A DNA stretch of 64,000 bases from Chrysemys picta bellii. Lineage: Eukaryota. The stretch is from NCBI RefSeq assembly GCF_011386835.1, contig NC_088796.1:28582001-28646000 (forward strand). Direction: 5' to 3'. Numbering within the stretch: position 1 is the first letter of the stretch; every line of letters begins with the position of its first letter. The position numbers and the translations under genes are program-made. The notes under the pieces are model-generated. The model did no database searches. It was not told where the DNA came from and saw nothing but the letters and a program-made list of their open reading frames with translations. Below are positions 34,501 to 42,764 of the stretch, piece after piece.

Positions 34501-36324
34501 AGTTGGAATGAATGTTGAAAGAAGCAGTCTTAATTCCCACTGCCAGACTAGGACAGTATTTGCACTCTTTTTATCTTTTTTTTAAATCCCATTAGAGTGG
34601 ATGATCTGACCCCATCAATGTAATTATTCCCCACTTTAAAATGTATTGACAAATACTGTGGAATATTCATACAGCTCTGCCATTTTGGGGTGACCCAAAG
34701 AGACTTGTTAATTTGATGGCAGAATTTACTAAATCTATGGGAGACTTGTTCCTAATAATGACACTACCCCTTGAGAAAGGAGACTTGGCAGATTTGATGC
34801 CTTTTTGTATCAACATGTGTGTGACAATGATTTGTGATATCCCAACATGTTACCTCTCTCTCTATTCTGAGCTGTTTCTTTTAACTGACTCCCTTCTATT
34901 CCTGCCCTGATGCCAATTTATTATTGATTTCCCCTGTTCCCTTGGACTGTGCAAATCAGTTTGCCGTGTGGTTCAGTATCTGAAATGCAAATAAAACAGT
35001 CATTTCCTCACACTCACCCATCAAATTTATTTTTCACCTACTTGTTTTTTAACACACGGGTCACATTCCGACCAAGGACCAAAGTCTCCAAGCTGACAGT
35101 TGATAGGACATGCCTGCTCGTTACATGCCCGGGATTCCTGCTTTGTGCACACTTGGTCACAGAAGTTTTTTCTATAATAATCATCCACTTTTATTTGCCT
35201 AAAATGTAAAAAGTTAAAATGATTAATTTAGTTAGAGCCCTTTTAAAAAGTGGGAACTGGCTTCAAAGTTTGGATCCAGGGGCAAGCTTCTTCCAACTTT
35301 GGGGTGGGAGATGTTCACATCTGAGGTTTTTGGGTTCCGATCACTATAATGATTAGGGACAATTGTGAATTTGGATCCAACCCATCCAAACTTCCTCAGT
35401 GTTCAGGAGTTTACTGGAACAGGTCCATCTCTATGGCAAGGTGCCAGCAGATGCGAACAGAAAAAGATCAGATTTTAATACCCAGAGATAAGGAGCGGCT
35501 TCTGTGCAGGAAAGAAAGAGAAGAATCCAGTTGGATGATATACCAATGTAACAAGGAAACCTGTACCTCTGAAGTTAGGCACGATTTACCTTCTGTTGCA
35601 GAATTAAAACACTGATGCAGAATTCAATATTTACGAGACAAGCTTTTTTGAGACTGCCAAGTTTGACTCCTTTATATCTGTTCAAAGGCAGTGCATTGCA
35701 ATGGCCGGACCTTCCAGCCAAGGAGCACAGCACTCTGTGAAGCTCATCAGTATCACTCCGGAGTTGGCTTGGATGATGGTGGGTCAGTCACATATATACT
35801 GCTTACTGGAGCAATGCAGGACTGAACCCATCATTACCAGAATAAATTAATATTGGGCTGTTCTATGTCCTCACTACAAGGTTCGTGAGCAAGAAAGATT
35901 CACTTGGAGAATCTCAATTTTTTTTAAATGTACTTTGTGATGAGATTTTAAACTTTTCATATCTATTCATCATCTTAAGACTGGAACAGGCCAACTGTTC
36001 TTTTTTCCTTATAGGTTATGGATGCAACAACTTCCAAAAGAAAAATAAGGATTTTTTTACACAGCATACTGCAAGTCCTTGGGTATTTTTAGATTTGCCA
36101 ACCCCAAAGTGATATTTTCCTAACAGTCTACCTGAAACAGAAAAGTGAAGAGGTAAAATCAATATGGTAGTTCACACCTACCTTTGCCTGGTCTGGGTTC
36201 CATAATTGCAAGTTTTTGAACAGCTTGACCATGATCCCCAGGGGTAATGTTCACAGTAGCATCCCTGGCTGCTCTGAATCACCATGCCCAGGAGGATAAA
36301 GCACACGAATATACTCTTGTCCAT
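1377..36324 (-). CDS. C6: Complement component C6, complete spliced CDS (17 coding exons, 2808 nt, 935 aa): signal peptide-TSP1-TSP1-LDLRA-MACPF-EGF-TSP1-CCP-CCP-FIM-FIM
   Basis: Exons assembled manually with GT-AG boundaries and consistent phases. Lengths 143,157,145,142,139,201,241,123,167,226,172,112,133,192,91,242,182 sum to 2808 with no internal stop. The translation is collinear with human C6 (recalled sequence). Confidence 0.98.
2829..3083. mobile_element. TA-flanked MITE (Tc1/mariner-type; GGGTACATCTAC...GTAGATATACCC ends)
   Basis: Terminal inverted ends with TA on both flanks (2827-28, 3084-85). Confidence 0.7.
3104..3484. mobile_element. GC-rich hAT MITE
   Basis: Perfect 8-bp TSD GACCAGAC (3096-3103, 3485-3492); imperfect TIR CAGAGGCACCAACT / AGTCAGAGCCTATG. 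Confidence 0.85.
4475..4578. mobile_element. Penelope-like element terminal remnant, fold-back arrangement
   Basis: 23-bp inverted arms 4475-4497 / 4524-4546 plus the gactaacacggctatcctct end motif, same family as 4787-4981. Confidence 0.75.
4787..4981. mobile_element. Penelope-like pseudo-LTR remnant, inverted (palindromic), with hammerhead-like core
   Basis: 71-bp inverted arms 4827-4897 / 4911-4981; flanking 13-bp direct repeat TGCAATAATGTTT (4773-4785, 4979-4991). Confidence 0.85.
4874..4909 (-). ncRNA. Minimal hammerhead ribozyme-like core (5' helix I strand lost)
   Basis: CUGACGA-A-GUGGG-UAUUCA-CCCAC-GAAA-GCUU-AUGC on the minus strand. Confidence 0.55.
5360..5400 (+). mobile_element. 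Possible LF-SINE-like ancient SINE fragment
   Basis: ctgtttggtgaccaatgggaaatgaatttggtgatctcagt resembles the recalled LF-SINE consensus segment; not verified by search. Confidence 0.35.
6491..6732 (-). CDS. C6: C6 exon 17 (FIM1/FIM2): HYSEDVCVLHAVSERPSTKPSCQYLAEKCLNEQPLHFLHSGPC...KELCGYDTCYDWEMCS
   Basis: ttggcag| ... G|GTATGA; 242 nt. Confidence 0.97.
6930..7130 (+). mobile_element. MIR/CORE-type SINE fragment
   Basis: CORE motif ccccattttacagatggaaaactgaggcacaga followed by cccaagatcacac...gaattgaaccc. Confidence 0.75.
8523..8613 (-). CDS. C6: C6 exon 16 (start of FIM1): DEQTKARGNCSPGQKQVGSQCVCMSPAQDCS
   Basis: Translated by hand; ctttttcag| ... AG|GTAAGG; 91 nt. Confidence 0.96.
9290..9480 (+). 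mobile_element. Highly degraded RTE/RTE-X LINE ORF2 C-terminal fragment
   Basis: AAHMPDF...AFQWNPAGIKRDRQSPRW resembles the RTE motif GH-LR...ALxWxPxGxRxRGRPxxxW; upstream stops. Confidence 0.4.
10210..10910 (+). mobile_element. CR1 LINE 3' fragment, decayed
   Basis: ORF2 C-terminal remnants (VDHTVNMSQQ...ILGCINRS), CR1 3' UTR and a ttctatg-type tail. Confidence 0.85.
11440..12000 (+). mobile_element. L2/CR1-clade LINE reverse transcriptase fragment, decayed
   Basis: Remnants of NYRPVSNLP, QSGFR and AFD motifs with frameshifts. Confidence 0.65.
12283..12474 (-). CDS. C6: C6 exon 15 (CCP2): SSMCPKPSVSEGVTISPFKNEYKVGETIQLRCPAGFIVTGEKQYTCRKEVSWTPPILRSLTCEK
   Basis: actatag| ... G|GTTAGT; 192 nt. 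Confidence 0.95.
13575..13707 (-). CDS. C6: C6 exon 14 (CCP1): NEKNHYAFGEEAEIACMTGYDLIGYQFLRCLPDHTWAQQPVECQ
   Basis: Translated by hand; ttgtag| ... T|GTAAGA; 133 nt. Confidence 0.96.
14933..15044 (-). CDS. C6: C6 exon 13: GAPCVNDNEARKEVDVFIGEPESGCLKPSPPENGFLR
   Basis: tttttcag| ... AGG|GTGAGA; 112 nt. Confidence 0.96.
15582..15970. mobile_element. AT-rich hAT MITE
   Basis: TIR TAGGCTTGG/CCAAGCCTA; TSD GATATGAG/GCTATGAG (7/8). Confidence 0.75.
16353..16416. repeat. 17-bp minisatellite (AAAGCAAGCAAAGAAAC) x about 3.7
   Basis: Three perfect units plus a partial one, read directly. Confidence 0.9.
16756..16927 (-). CDS. C6: C6 exon 12 (TSP1): VAVDGYWSCWSAWSSCDAAFKRRRTRECNNPAPLNGGKPCQGEREQEEDCYISMFVDK
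   Basis: WxxWxxW motif; ttctag| ... AA|GTAAGA; 172 nt. Confidence 0.98.
19058..19283 (-). CDS. C6: C6 exon 11 (end of MACPF + EGF): LAPILDLVKNFPCAVTKRRNLRRAL...DPCKCAPCPNNGRPVLSGTECLCVCQAGTYGDNCEKRAPDYKS
   Basis: cttttag| ... G|GTATTT; 226 nt. Confidence 0.98.
20126..20450. mobile_element. Charlie-type hAT MITE
   Basis: Ends CAGCAGTTCACAAAC / GTTTGAGAACCCCAG; weak TSD. Confidence 0.55.
20512..20678 (-). CDS. C6: C6 exon 10: GSFLQSSERSISLVKGGRAEYAAALAWEKKGSFPEHTVFTDWVESTKDNPIVIDFE
   Basis: ttttag| ... GAG|GTAAGA; 167 nt. Confidence 0.97.
21972..22094 (-). CDS. C6: C6 exon 9 (TMH2): GLTQQESTGCVRVETTRRVFFRKKKKVHTTCTTNKLTERHE
   Basis: Translated by hand; ttcccag| ... G|GTCATT; 123 nt. Confidence 0.95.
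22612..22790 (-). mobile_element. CR1 3' end fragment
   Basis: Reverse-strand CR1 3' UTR pattern (catag...gggctggaaggaacc...catctggtctgacc). Confidence 0.6.
22992..23232 (-). CDS. C6: C6 exon 8 (MACPF core): NSNFIRVHKVIAVSNFTMK...YSRIFDDFGTHYYASGSMGGTYDLLYQYSAEELKNS
   Basis: MACPF signature FGTHY...GG; ttctag| ... G|GTATGT; 241 nt. Confidence 0.98.
23745..24030 (+). mobile_element. Degraded hAT-like MITE (CAGTGTTGCCAA start)
   Basis: Same family as 340-654. Confidence 0.5.
24559..24840 (+). mobile_element. Penelope-like element 3' end with hammerhead motif
   Basis: Ends in gaaagcttatgctctaataaatttgttagtctctaaggtgccacaagtactcctg, homologous to the 4.5-5 kb copies. Confidence 0.8.
24746..24785 (+). 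ncRNA. Minimal type I hammerhead ribozyme-like motif
   Basis: GCAU-CCGAAGA-A-GUGGG-CUGUAG-CCCAU-GAAA-GCUU-AUGC; helices I and II can form; palindromic AAGCUU replaces helix III; U4C variant core. Confidence 0.6.
27765..28110 (+). mobile_element. CR1 ORF2 C-terminal fragment, decayed
   Basis: LERVRRR/RGDFIAVYKY-like remnants and the gacaaattcagattaga motif. Confidence 0.7.
28790..28990 (-). CDS. C6: C6 exon 7 (MACPF, TMH1 region): VENEEDDVASDFYQD...GIPGFFSRKRRVKITSSSSFREAIEASYKK
   Basis: ctctag| ... AAG|GTATAA; 201 nt. Confidence 0.95.
30180..30932. mobile_element. Non-autonomous Tc1/mariner (Tigger-like) DNA transposon
   Basis: TIR (c/a)AGTAACTCCTCACTTAAC / GTTAAGTGAGGAGTTACTG flanked by TA. 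Confidence 0.85.
31068..31206 (-). CDS. C6: C6 exon 6: FHLLAGESRGEILDNSFNGGKCTTVKGNDTRKSFRVPANLETIRFQ
   Basis: Translated by hand; ttctag| ... CAG|GTACTG; 139 nt. Confidence 0.96.
32054..32195 (-). CDS. C6: C6 exon 5 (LDLRA): GRCIAKSLECNGENDCGDNSDERDCRRIKTVCNRRYESIPSVQLMGNG
   Basis: Translated by hand; DCGDNSDE LDLRA signature; aacag| ... GG|GTATAT; 142 nt. Confidence 0.97.
32950..33094 (-). CDS. C6: C6 exon 4: FRVRSLQRPSQFRGQACTEQLVDSRRCFPTKLCNIEEVDCRTKFQCEN
   Basis: ctttcag| ... G|GTAATG; 145 nt. Confidence 0.96.
33701..33837. mobile_element. Short hAT MITE
   Basis: Perfect 8-bp TSD TTCTGTAC (33693-33700, 33838-33845). Confidence 0.8.
34140..34350 (-). mobile_element. CR1 3' end fragment
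   Basis: ggcccatctaacccaatatcctgtctcagacaatggc resembles the reverse-strand turtle CR1 3' UTR. Confidence 0.6.
35042..35198 (-). CDS. C6: C6 exon 3: QIKVDDYYRKNFCDQVCTKQESRACNEQACPINCQLGDFGPWSECDPCVKKQ
   Basis: Not in the ORF track; translated by hand. ttttag| ... CAA|GTAGGT; 157 nt. Confidence 0.96.
36182..36324 (-). CDS. C6: C6 exon 2, coding part (signal peptide + start of TSP1): MDKSIFVCFILLGMVIQSSQGCYCEHYPWGSWSSCSKTCNYGTQTRQR
   Basis: ATG at 36324-36322; acceptor ttgtgtag| gives exon start 36341 (17 nt UTR); donor AG|GTAGGT; 143 nt; WxxWxxC motif. Confidence 0.96.
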
Positions 36325-37545
36325 AGTTTGAAGGTGTCCAGCTACACAAAAATGAACATACAGCGCAAGAGCAACATACATTGGAACATACACAGTTTTG
36401 TGCCCATCTCTTAATAAGAATTTGTTTTTCATTATCTTAATTTTGAAAGTGCAGTAAGGCAGAGATCTCATTCAAAATACCATGTAACTGACTCAGACTT
36501 CTGGAAAGTGATTATTGTTTAAGGGATTTATCTGTTAATATTTTAAGAACCAATCCTGTGTCACACAAGTCAATAGGAGTTTTGCCATTGACTAGAATGG
36601 GAGTAGGATTGAGCCCTAAATGAATATTTATAACACCATTTCTGATTAAGAAATTGTCTAAATCTTCATGTATGTGATCAATAATAATTTGATCCTGCTA
36701 TCCTTACTCAGGGGTATTCCCAATCGGTATTTTGCTTGAATAAAAACAGGATTAGGAACAATAGTTGTTTCAAATTAAGCCTGAAACAATAGAACACTAT
36801 CCCCTAACGAACCAAGATCAGATACATTTTGACCCTAATCCTTTGATGGGACTAGTCACAGGCTTAAAATGAACCATTGTGCTTAAGTGCCTTGCTGTAT
36901 GGGGCCACTGTTTCTACAGCTTTTCCTTGCTACCTTGAGCACCATCAGATACATTTCAATTCCTGTTTTATTTCACTGGCCTGCCTGTGTAAGCTACAAA
37001 CTCCCACTATGCCAGGCTCAGCAGAGAAGGAAGCCAGGGATGAATGCTGGCCTACTACTAATTCCTACATATCAATTAATATGTATTTGATGAGTGATCA
37101 GATTACAGAATGGTCCTTGGAAAATAATATTTAGAAAATATACAAAGCTCTTCAAAGTGTTACATCAACGACTAATCCCTGGAAGGAAGGTTGATTTTTG
37201 ATAAAAGTATTATTCACATTTAACAGATGGAACAACTGAACACAGAAGTGATTTGCTAGTGCGTAAGTAGCAGAGCAGAGATTAGAAATTCTGGCTTTCC
37301 TGGAATCCCTGCTTCCCAGTCCCCTACTAAATCCAGTTATGGTACTTCCCACCTAAAAACGACCAAACTCTACTGAAATTCTTTTCATGTTACTTTGTTC
37401 ATGCCTTACCTGTGTGCAGATAAAGGCTTACTTGTTCTGATCGGCTAGAGTATCTATAATAAATATGCTGACAATTACCAATGTTATATACAGTTTATGC
37501 ACACTATAAAAAGTGAATTAATCCATTTAAAAGAAGTAGACTTAC

Positions 37546-37760
37546 CCTGGTGCTTCAAATACACTGAAATCAAAAGATGGTTGGCTGCAAGTCAGTCAGT
37601 TTCAGTTTTATGTAACCTCAGCCGGGTTTGAAAGGTTTTTCAAAGCCTTTTCAAGAGGTGCAGAGGTTCTGTTTGTTGTAGTTACATTTTAATCAAAGAT
37701 CCGCTGGTGGTATTATAGCTTTCAGACAAGCCAGCTGACTGTCAGCACCTCTGTGATTAC
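37546..37760 (-). promoter_or_regulatory. C6: Candidate C6 non-coding exon 1 and liver-type promoter
   Basis: Strong donor CAGG|GTAAGT at 37546/37545, 1.2 kb upstream of exon 2. Adjacent C/EBP-PAR-bZIP-like TTATGTAAC (37608-37616), FoxA-like TGTTTGT (37670-37676) and HNF1-like GTTACATTTTAAT (37681-37693, 9/13 match). TSS not determinable. Confidence 0.45.
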
Positions 37761-39280
37761 CTTTAAAAATGTATCTTATGCTTTGGTGTTGTGCTGGGAA
37801 TTTCTCTTTATACTATGTAGACCTTTGGGAATATGCAATTATTTTAAAGTGGTTGTTCAGAAACACACATATGCCCATGGATACACACACACACACACTT
37901 TTCCTACAATGTAGGAGGCTGAGTAATGCTTATTTGCATAACACTGTGCATATACAGAAAGGAATGAACTTTATCTTGCAGTATTGATACATTACCATGG
38001 TTGTGGGAAGGCTGATGGGGCATGGCCATCTTTAATATTAATAGCAAAACCCAGGGAAAAGCAGACATAGGATGATTTATTTAAACAGATAGTCAAATAT
38101 AACAAGGAAGAAAATACGGTCACATGTGAATATATATATTTTCCTTTAAAGAATCACTTTAAACCTGTCTGGTTAGGTTCTCAGCTGCTCTAAACTGGCA
38201 TAAGCCTAATACCAATTATGTCAGTTTACACCAGCTGAGAATCTGGTCCTTCATAGTTTATAGTGAGATATTTTTAGGCGGATTTGGTAAAACTGTTATA
38301 TTTCACCAGTGGCAAAATAAAGCCTACTACGTGCACTCTTCTCTGGATTTTGATAAAGAAGCATTGAATATTAAAGTTAGCAAGACACATCCTTCCCCAT
38401 CCCTCTTCCCATAAAGAGACTGTCATCCATTAAATAAACACGGTGACAGCATTACTGGAAGTTAAAGTCTGCTCTGTTCTTTACACAGAATTATGCAATG
38501 AAACAATCAACCTCCACATCTCAGAAAAATATCCCACTGTGTAGGAACGGGGCAGCAACTAATGCTCCTGCCCATACATGACAGAATAGCTACTACTCTT
38601 CTTTGGTATTCCTGGACTGCTACTTCTGTCATGAGGATGTCAGTTCCTGATTCCTACTTAAGTCAAATTAATGCCAAGTGTTGCAGATCTCCTTGATATG
38701 CCTGATGATATCTCCATACAATTCGGCCCCCAATTTGAGAACAATTGGTTTAGGTAGAAAGCTAGTGAAATTCCACTAAGGCGTGACAAGTTCCATAATA
38801 AATTGTATTAGTAAACACAAACTATAATACATAAGGGTCCAATCCAACAAAGAATATCAAATCCTGTATATTCTTCAGAAGGCCTTGGAGGGAAAGTTGA
38901 TCTCCCAAAGAAGTCAAAGACCAAACAGGCAGACTACTCCAGGATTGAGATTATTTAAACTGCCTCTTTGCATCTGGTCTTGAACTGCTTCCACTGGACC
39001 TTCGGTGGACACAAAGACTAATGAGGGAAGTATGAGGCATGGGTAATTCTCCTTCATGACTACATCCAAGGGAAGGGTAGACTGATGAGTTTTGTGATGG
39101 AGCTCTCTATCTGGTTTGTTTAAAGCACAATTTCCTGAGGGAGGGTGTGATGGCTGCTCTGAACACACCGAAGAGATAGGGATTGCTGCTAGTGAACCAC
39201 CAGTAACCTTCATTCCAGACACCAGAAACAATAGCTACATCCTCCCTAGTAGAACCATCACACTCTAGCAGTCACTTAGG

Positions 39281-39456
39281 GCCAGATTTACAAAGGCACT
39301 GAAAGATGCACTCATACCTAGTGGGATTTTCAATAGCCGCCCTAGGTGCTTAATGCCCGTGACTTTAGGTGCTTAACCTGTTTAGGCACTTTTGTAAATC
39401 CCATCGAGTGCCTATCTGCATCTTTAGGGGCCTTAAAGTACCTTTGTAATCCTGGT
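39281..39456. mobile_element. Palindromic (hairpin) non-autonomous DNA element
   Basis: Inverted self-similarity gggccagatttacaaagg ... cctttgtaatcctgg with internal gggattt/aaatccc arms. Confidence 0.65.
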
Positions 39457-40468
39457 TATCACAGACTAGCTTCTTCCGGGTCCTAGGACTGCACTAGATT
39501 GTAAACAATTTTGGGCAGGGACAGTCCTTTTGTCCTGTATTGTACAGCACTAGGGGTCCTGGTTCATGACTGGGGCTCATAGGTGCCTGGATAATAGAAC
39601 TAATATAGAAGAGGTGTTGAATAGTTGAGATGAACGTGTCCCATCACCACCAATTGCTCATTTTCCATGGCTCCCTTTCTTGCCAACCCAAGTTAATCTC
39701 TGGAATTGAGCGGTTAGCTAGAGAAAAGTGTAATTTTATTGCTACAACCCCTTTGTTGTTTTTTATATTACAGTAATGCCTAGATGCCCTAGTTGAGATT
39801 GAGGCTCCATTGTGTTAGGCACGATATGAACATAGTCACAGATAGCCCCTACCCTGAAGAACTGTCTGTATGAATAGACAAAACAGGCAAAGGGTGGGAA
39901 GGGAAACAGGGGTACAGAGATGGAGCTTGCCCAAGACCGCTAAGAAAAGTGAGGAAGAGAAATGAAATCTCTCAACTCCCACTACGGTGCCCTACCAACG
40001 AGAGAATGCTGCCATCCAAGCTTCCTTCACTCCCAGCTGAGTGGCAAGAATCTCCCCTCACATTAAAGATTACAGGACCCCAGACACACATTTCCAAGAA
40101 ACTGGCAAAATTAAGCTCCAAGTCACTCATGTATTCGAAAAAACAAAAACAAAACCCACTTGGACAGTTTGCTGCATTTCATTATTTTTCAGTTATGGTT
40201 ACAGCTTTTTTTTTTGTTTTGCCTCTGGTCTGGAGCAGTCTTGTTACAGAATTCGAGGATATAATTAGCAAACTGATGTTCTGTTGCCTTTTACCATATC
40301 ATTATTGCACTGAATAAACTGTCATAAGAAATCAGAATAATTACCAGTCAGCCTGACTGATGACTGGGTGGGAATTGTGAAGTTCTTTGGAAAACACTTG
40401 CCTATTCATTTCACAGTGTATCCTTGACTGATACCAGTTTACTGATAAATATTTGGGTGGCCTACACT

Positions 40469-41140
40469 CAGGGCCGGCTCTAACTTTTTTGCCGCCCCAA
40501 GCAGCAAAAAAAAGCGCCACCCCACCATAACACCCTTCCCCCAGCGCCGCCCCGCCGAAACACCCCCCAGCCGAACGCCGCACTGCCGAACAACTGCCGC
40601 CCCCCGCTGCGCTGCCGAACACCCCCCGCGCGGAGTGCCGCGCAGCTGAACCCCCCCGCCAAGTGCCGCGCAGCTGAACCCCCCCCCTCACGGAGCGCCG
40701 CCAAACACCCCCGCCCCCCACCGAGCGCTGCCGAACAGCCCCTCCCCCTCCCGCCGAGCGCTGCGCCGCCGAAATCCCGCCCCCTGAAGAGTGCCGTGCC
40801 ACCGAAACCCTGCCCTCTGCGGAGCGCCGCCGAACCGCTTCTGCCCCCTGTGGAGCGCCACACTGCTGAAGCCCCCCCCGTGCGGAGCACTGCCAAACAC
40901 CCCCCACCCCCCGCCGCAGAGCGCCGTGCCGCCAAACACTCCCCACCGAGCGCCACGCTGCCGAACCCCCCCACACACACACGGAGCACTGCCGAACACC
41001 CCCCGCCGAGTGCCACGCCGCCAGAACCCCCCCCCCGTGCCGAGCGCCATGCCGCCCCCCGCCACCCCAAGATTGGCCGCCCCTTACCAGGTACCGCCCC
41101 AAGCACGTGCTTGGTTGCCTGGTGCCTGGAGCCGGCCCTG
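40469..41140. mobile_element. GC-rich hAT MITE with internal tandem array
   Basis: TIR CAGGGCCGGCTC / GAGCCGGCCCTG; perfect TSD CCTACACT (40461-68, 41141-48). Confidence 0.92.
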
Positions 41141-41522
41141 CCTACACTGTATTGTAAATATAATCTAAGTGTACAACATTAGGTATAGGTAAAACTCCAC
41201 AAATTGTGAGTCTTGGTTATAACAGCTAATATTTGATGGATAAACCAACACTTTTCATGACTGACTGAGAAACTGCTTTTTGTGTTCTTTTATAATAAGA
41301 GAACAAGGAGTCACTCCAGATCTAATTTAAAATTTAAAATAACTGAAAGGAAATACCACCTCAGGCAGTCATCTAAATACCTTGAAAACTCTGGGCCATA
41401 GTCAATAGAGATGGGAATATGCAGCAGGCCATCTAGTCCACCTCCTATTATTGAAAGATTGTTCCTTGCAGTGTATTTTCTAGTACTTTAGATTAGAATC
41501 TTTTTGTCTTAATTTTAATAAT

Positions 41523-41655
41523 TGTGATGGATTGGTCCCCCCTTCTGCGGTGCCACCTGATGTGCTGGAGTCCCACTGATCCCAACCGTTCCACCAGCCT
41601 GGGCTCCCTCACCCTGTTCCGCTGTGCCAGGTTCACAAGCCTTCTCCAGCGCGTG

Positions 41656-41698
<43 letters not shown>

Positions 41699-42764
41699 AG
41701 GGACACACCCAGTTGCAAATGGACACAGAGATCTGATTCTTCCCACACAGAGCTGCTTGGTGATTGCCTAGCACTCAAGTGTACACCTCCTTTGGGATGC
41801 AAACCCAAAATTATATTGTCTTGCACTGTATAGAGATCTATATAGCATAAGGTCATAAAAATCTCCCCCTCCCTCAATGTGCAGGAAGATATACACAGCT
41901 TTCCCCCCCCACCCCGCCCCATTATGAATTGCACAAACTGCACGTTTATTAACTGCAAAAGGTAAATTTTAAGTGACTATAAGAGATAGCAAACAGAACA
42001 AAGCAGATTACTGAGCAAACAAAACAAAAACACGCAAACTAGGTTGGATACATTAAAGAAATTGGCTACAAAAAGTAATTTCTCACCCTAAATGTTGTTT
42101 CAAGCAGGTTGCAGAGTTTCTTGAAGTGAAGCTGCAAGCAGTTCAGTTTACATCTTCAGGGATTCCTTTTACAGGCCTTCATTTCTTGCCTGGACTCAGT
42201 CCCTGTCTCCCCCAGCTTAGTTCCTTTGTTTCTTTGGGTGTTTTCAGCAGTCTTCCTTCTTCAGCAGGGAGGCAGTGGAGAAGAGCCAAGATTAACTTAC
42301 TCCCCAGCCTTAAATAGGCTATACATATGGCGGGAATCTTTTGTTTCCTAGCCCACCCCCTTCCAGTGGGAAAAATACCAGCTCAAGATGGAACCCTGTA
42401 CCAGGTGACATGATCACATGACCTTGTCATGTCAAAGAAGCATCCCAGGAAGCTTCTCAGAAAGGTAGGAGATTAGTATCTTCAAAGTTCTATTGTCCTT
42501 CTTAATGGCCCATCCAGGCTAATGGGGGAATGCCCACCAGACAGTAGGCATTCCCCCAAGTATACACAGTTGTAATTGTTACATAGCCAATATTCCTAAC
42601 TTCAGATACAGAAATGATACATGCATACAAATTGAATATTCACATTCAGTAAATCATAACCTTTCCAATGATACCTCACATGACCCATCTTGCATAACAT
42701 CTTAGTTATGCCATATTAATATTATAACAATATTTTTATGAAGAATATGGGGTGTAGCATCACA
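41523..42764. mobile_element. Solo LTR (gypsy-type), 1242 bp
   Basis: TGTGATG...CATCACA inverted termini; 5-bp TSD ATAAT/ATATT (4/5). Confidence 0.85.
41661..41696. repeat. (AC)18 microsatellite inside the LTR
   Basis: Read directly. Confidence 0.95.

Noticed and set aside
36325-36471. In-frame upstream extension of the C6 ORF (97-aa ORF)
   Set aside because: It crosses a good acceptor at 36342. The ATG at 36324 gives a proper signal peptide and the conserved 143-nt coding exon.
40540-41070. CRISPR-like repeat/spacer appearance
   Set aside because: Units are degenerate with poly-C spacers, inside a eukaryotic TE with TIR and TSD; no cas genes.
40341-41182. Several 125-253 aa ORFs
   Set aside because: Artefacts of the stop-poor GC-rich tandem array inside the hAT MITE.
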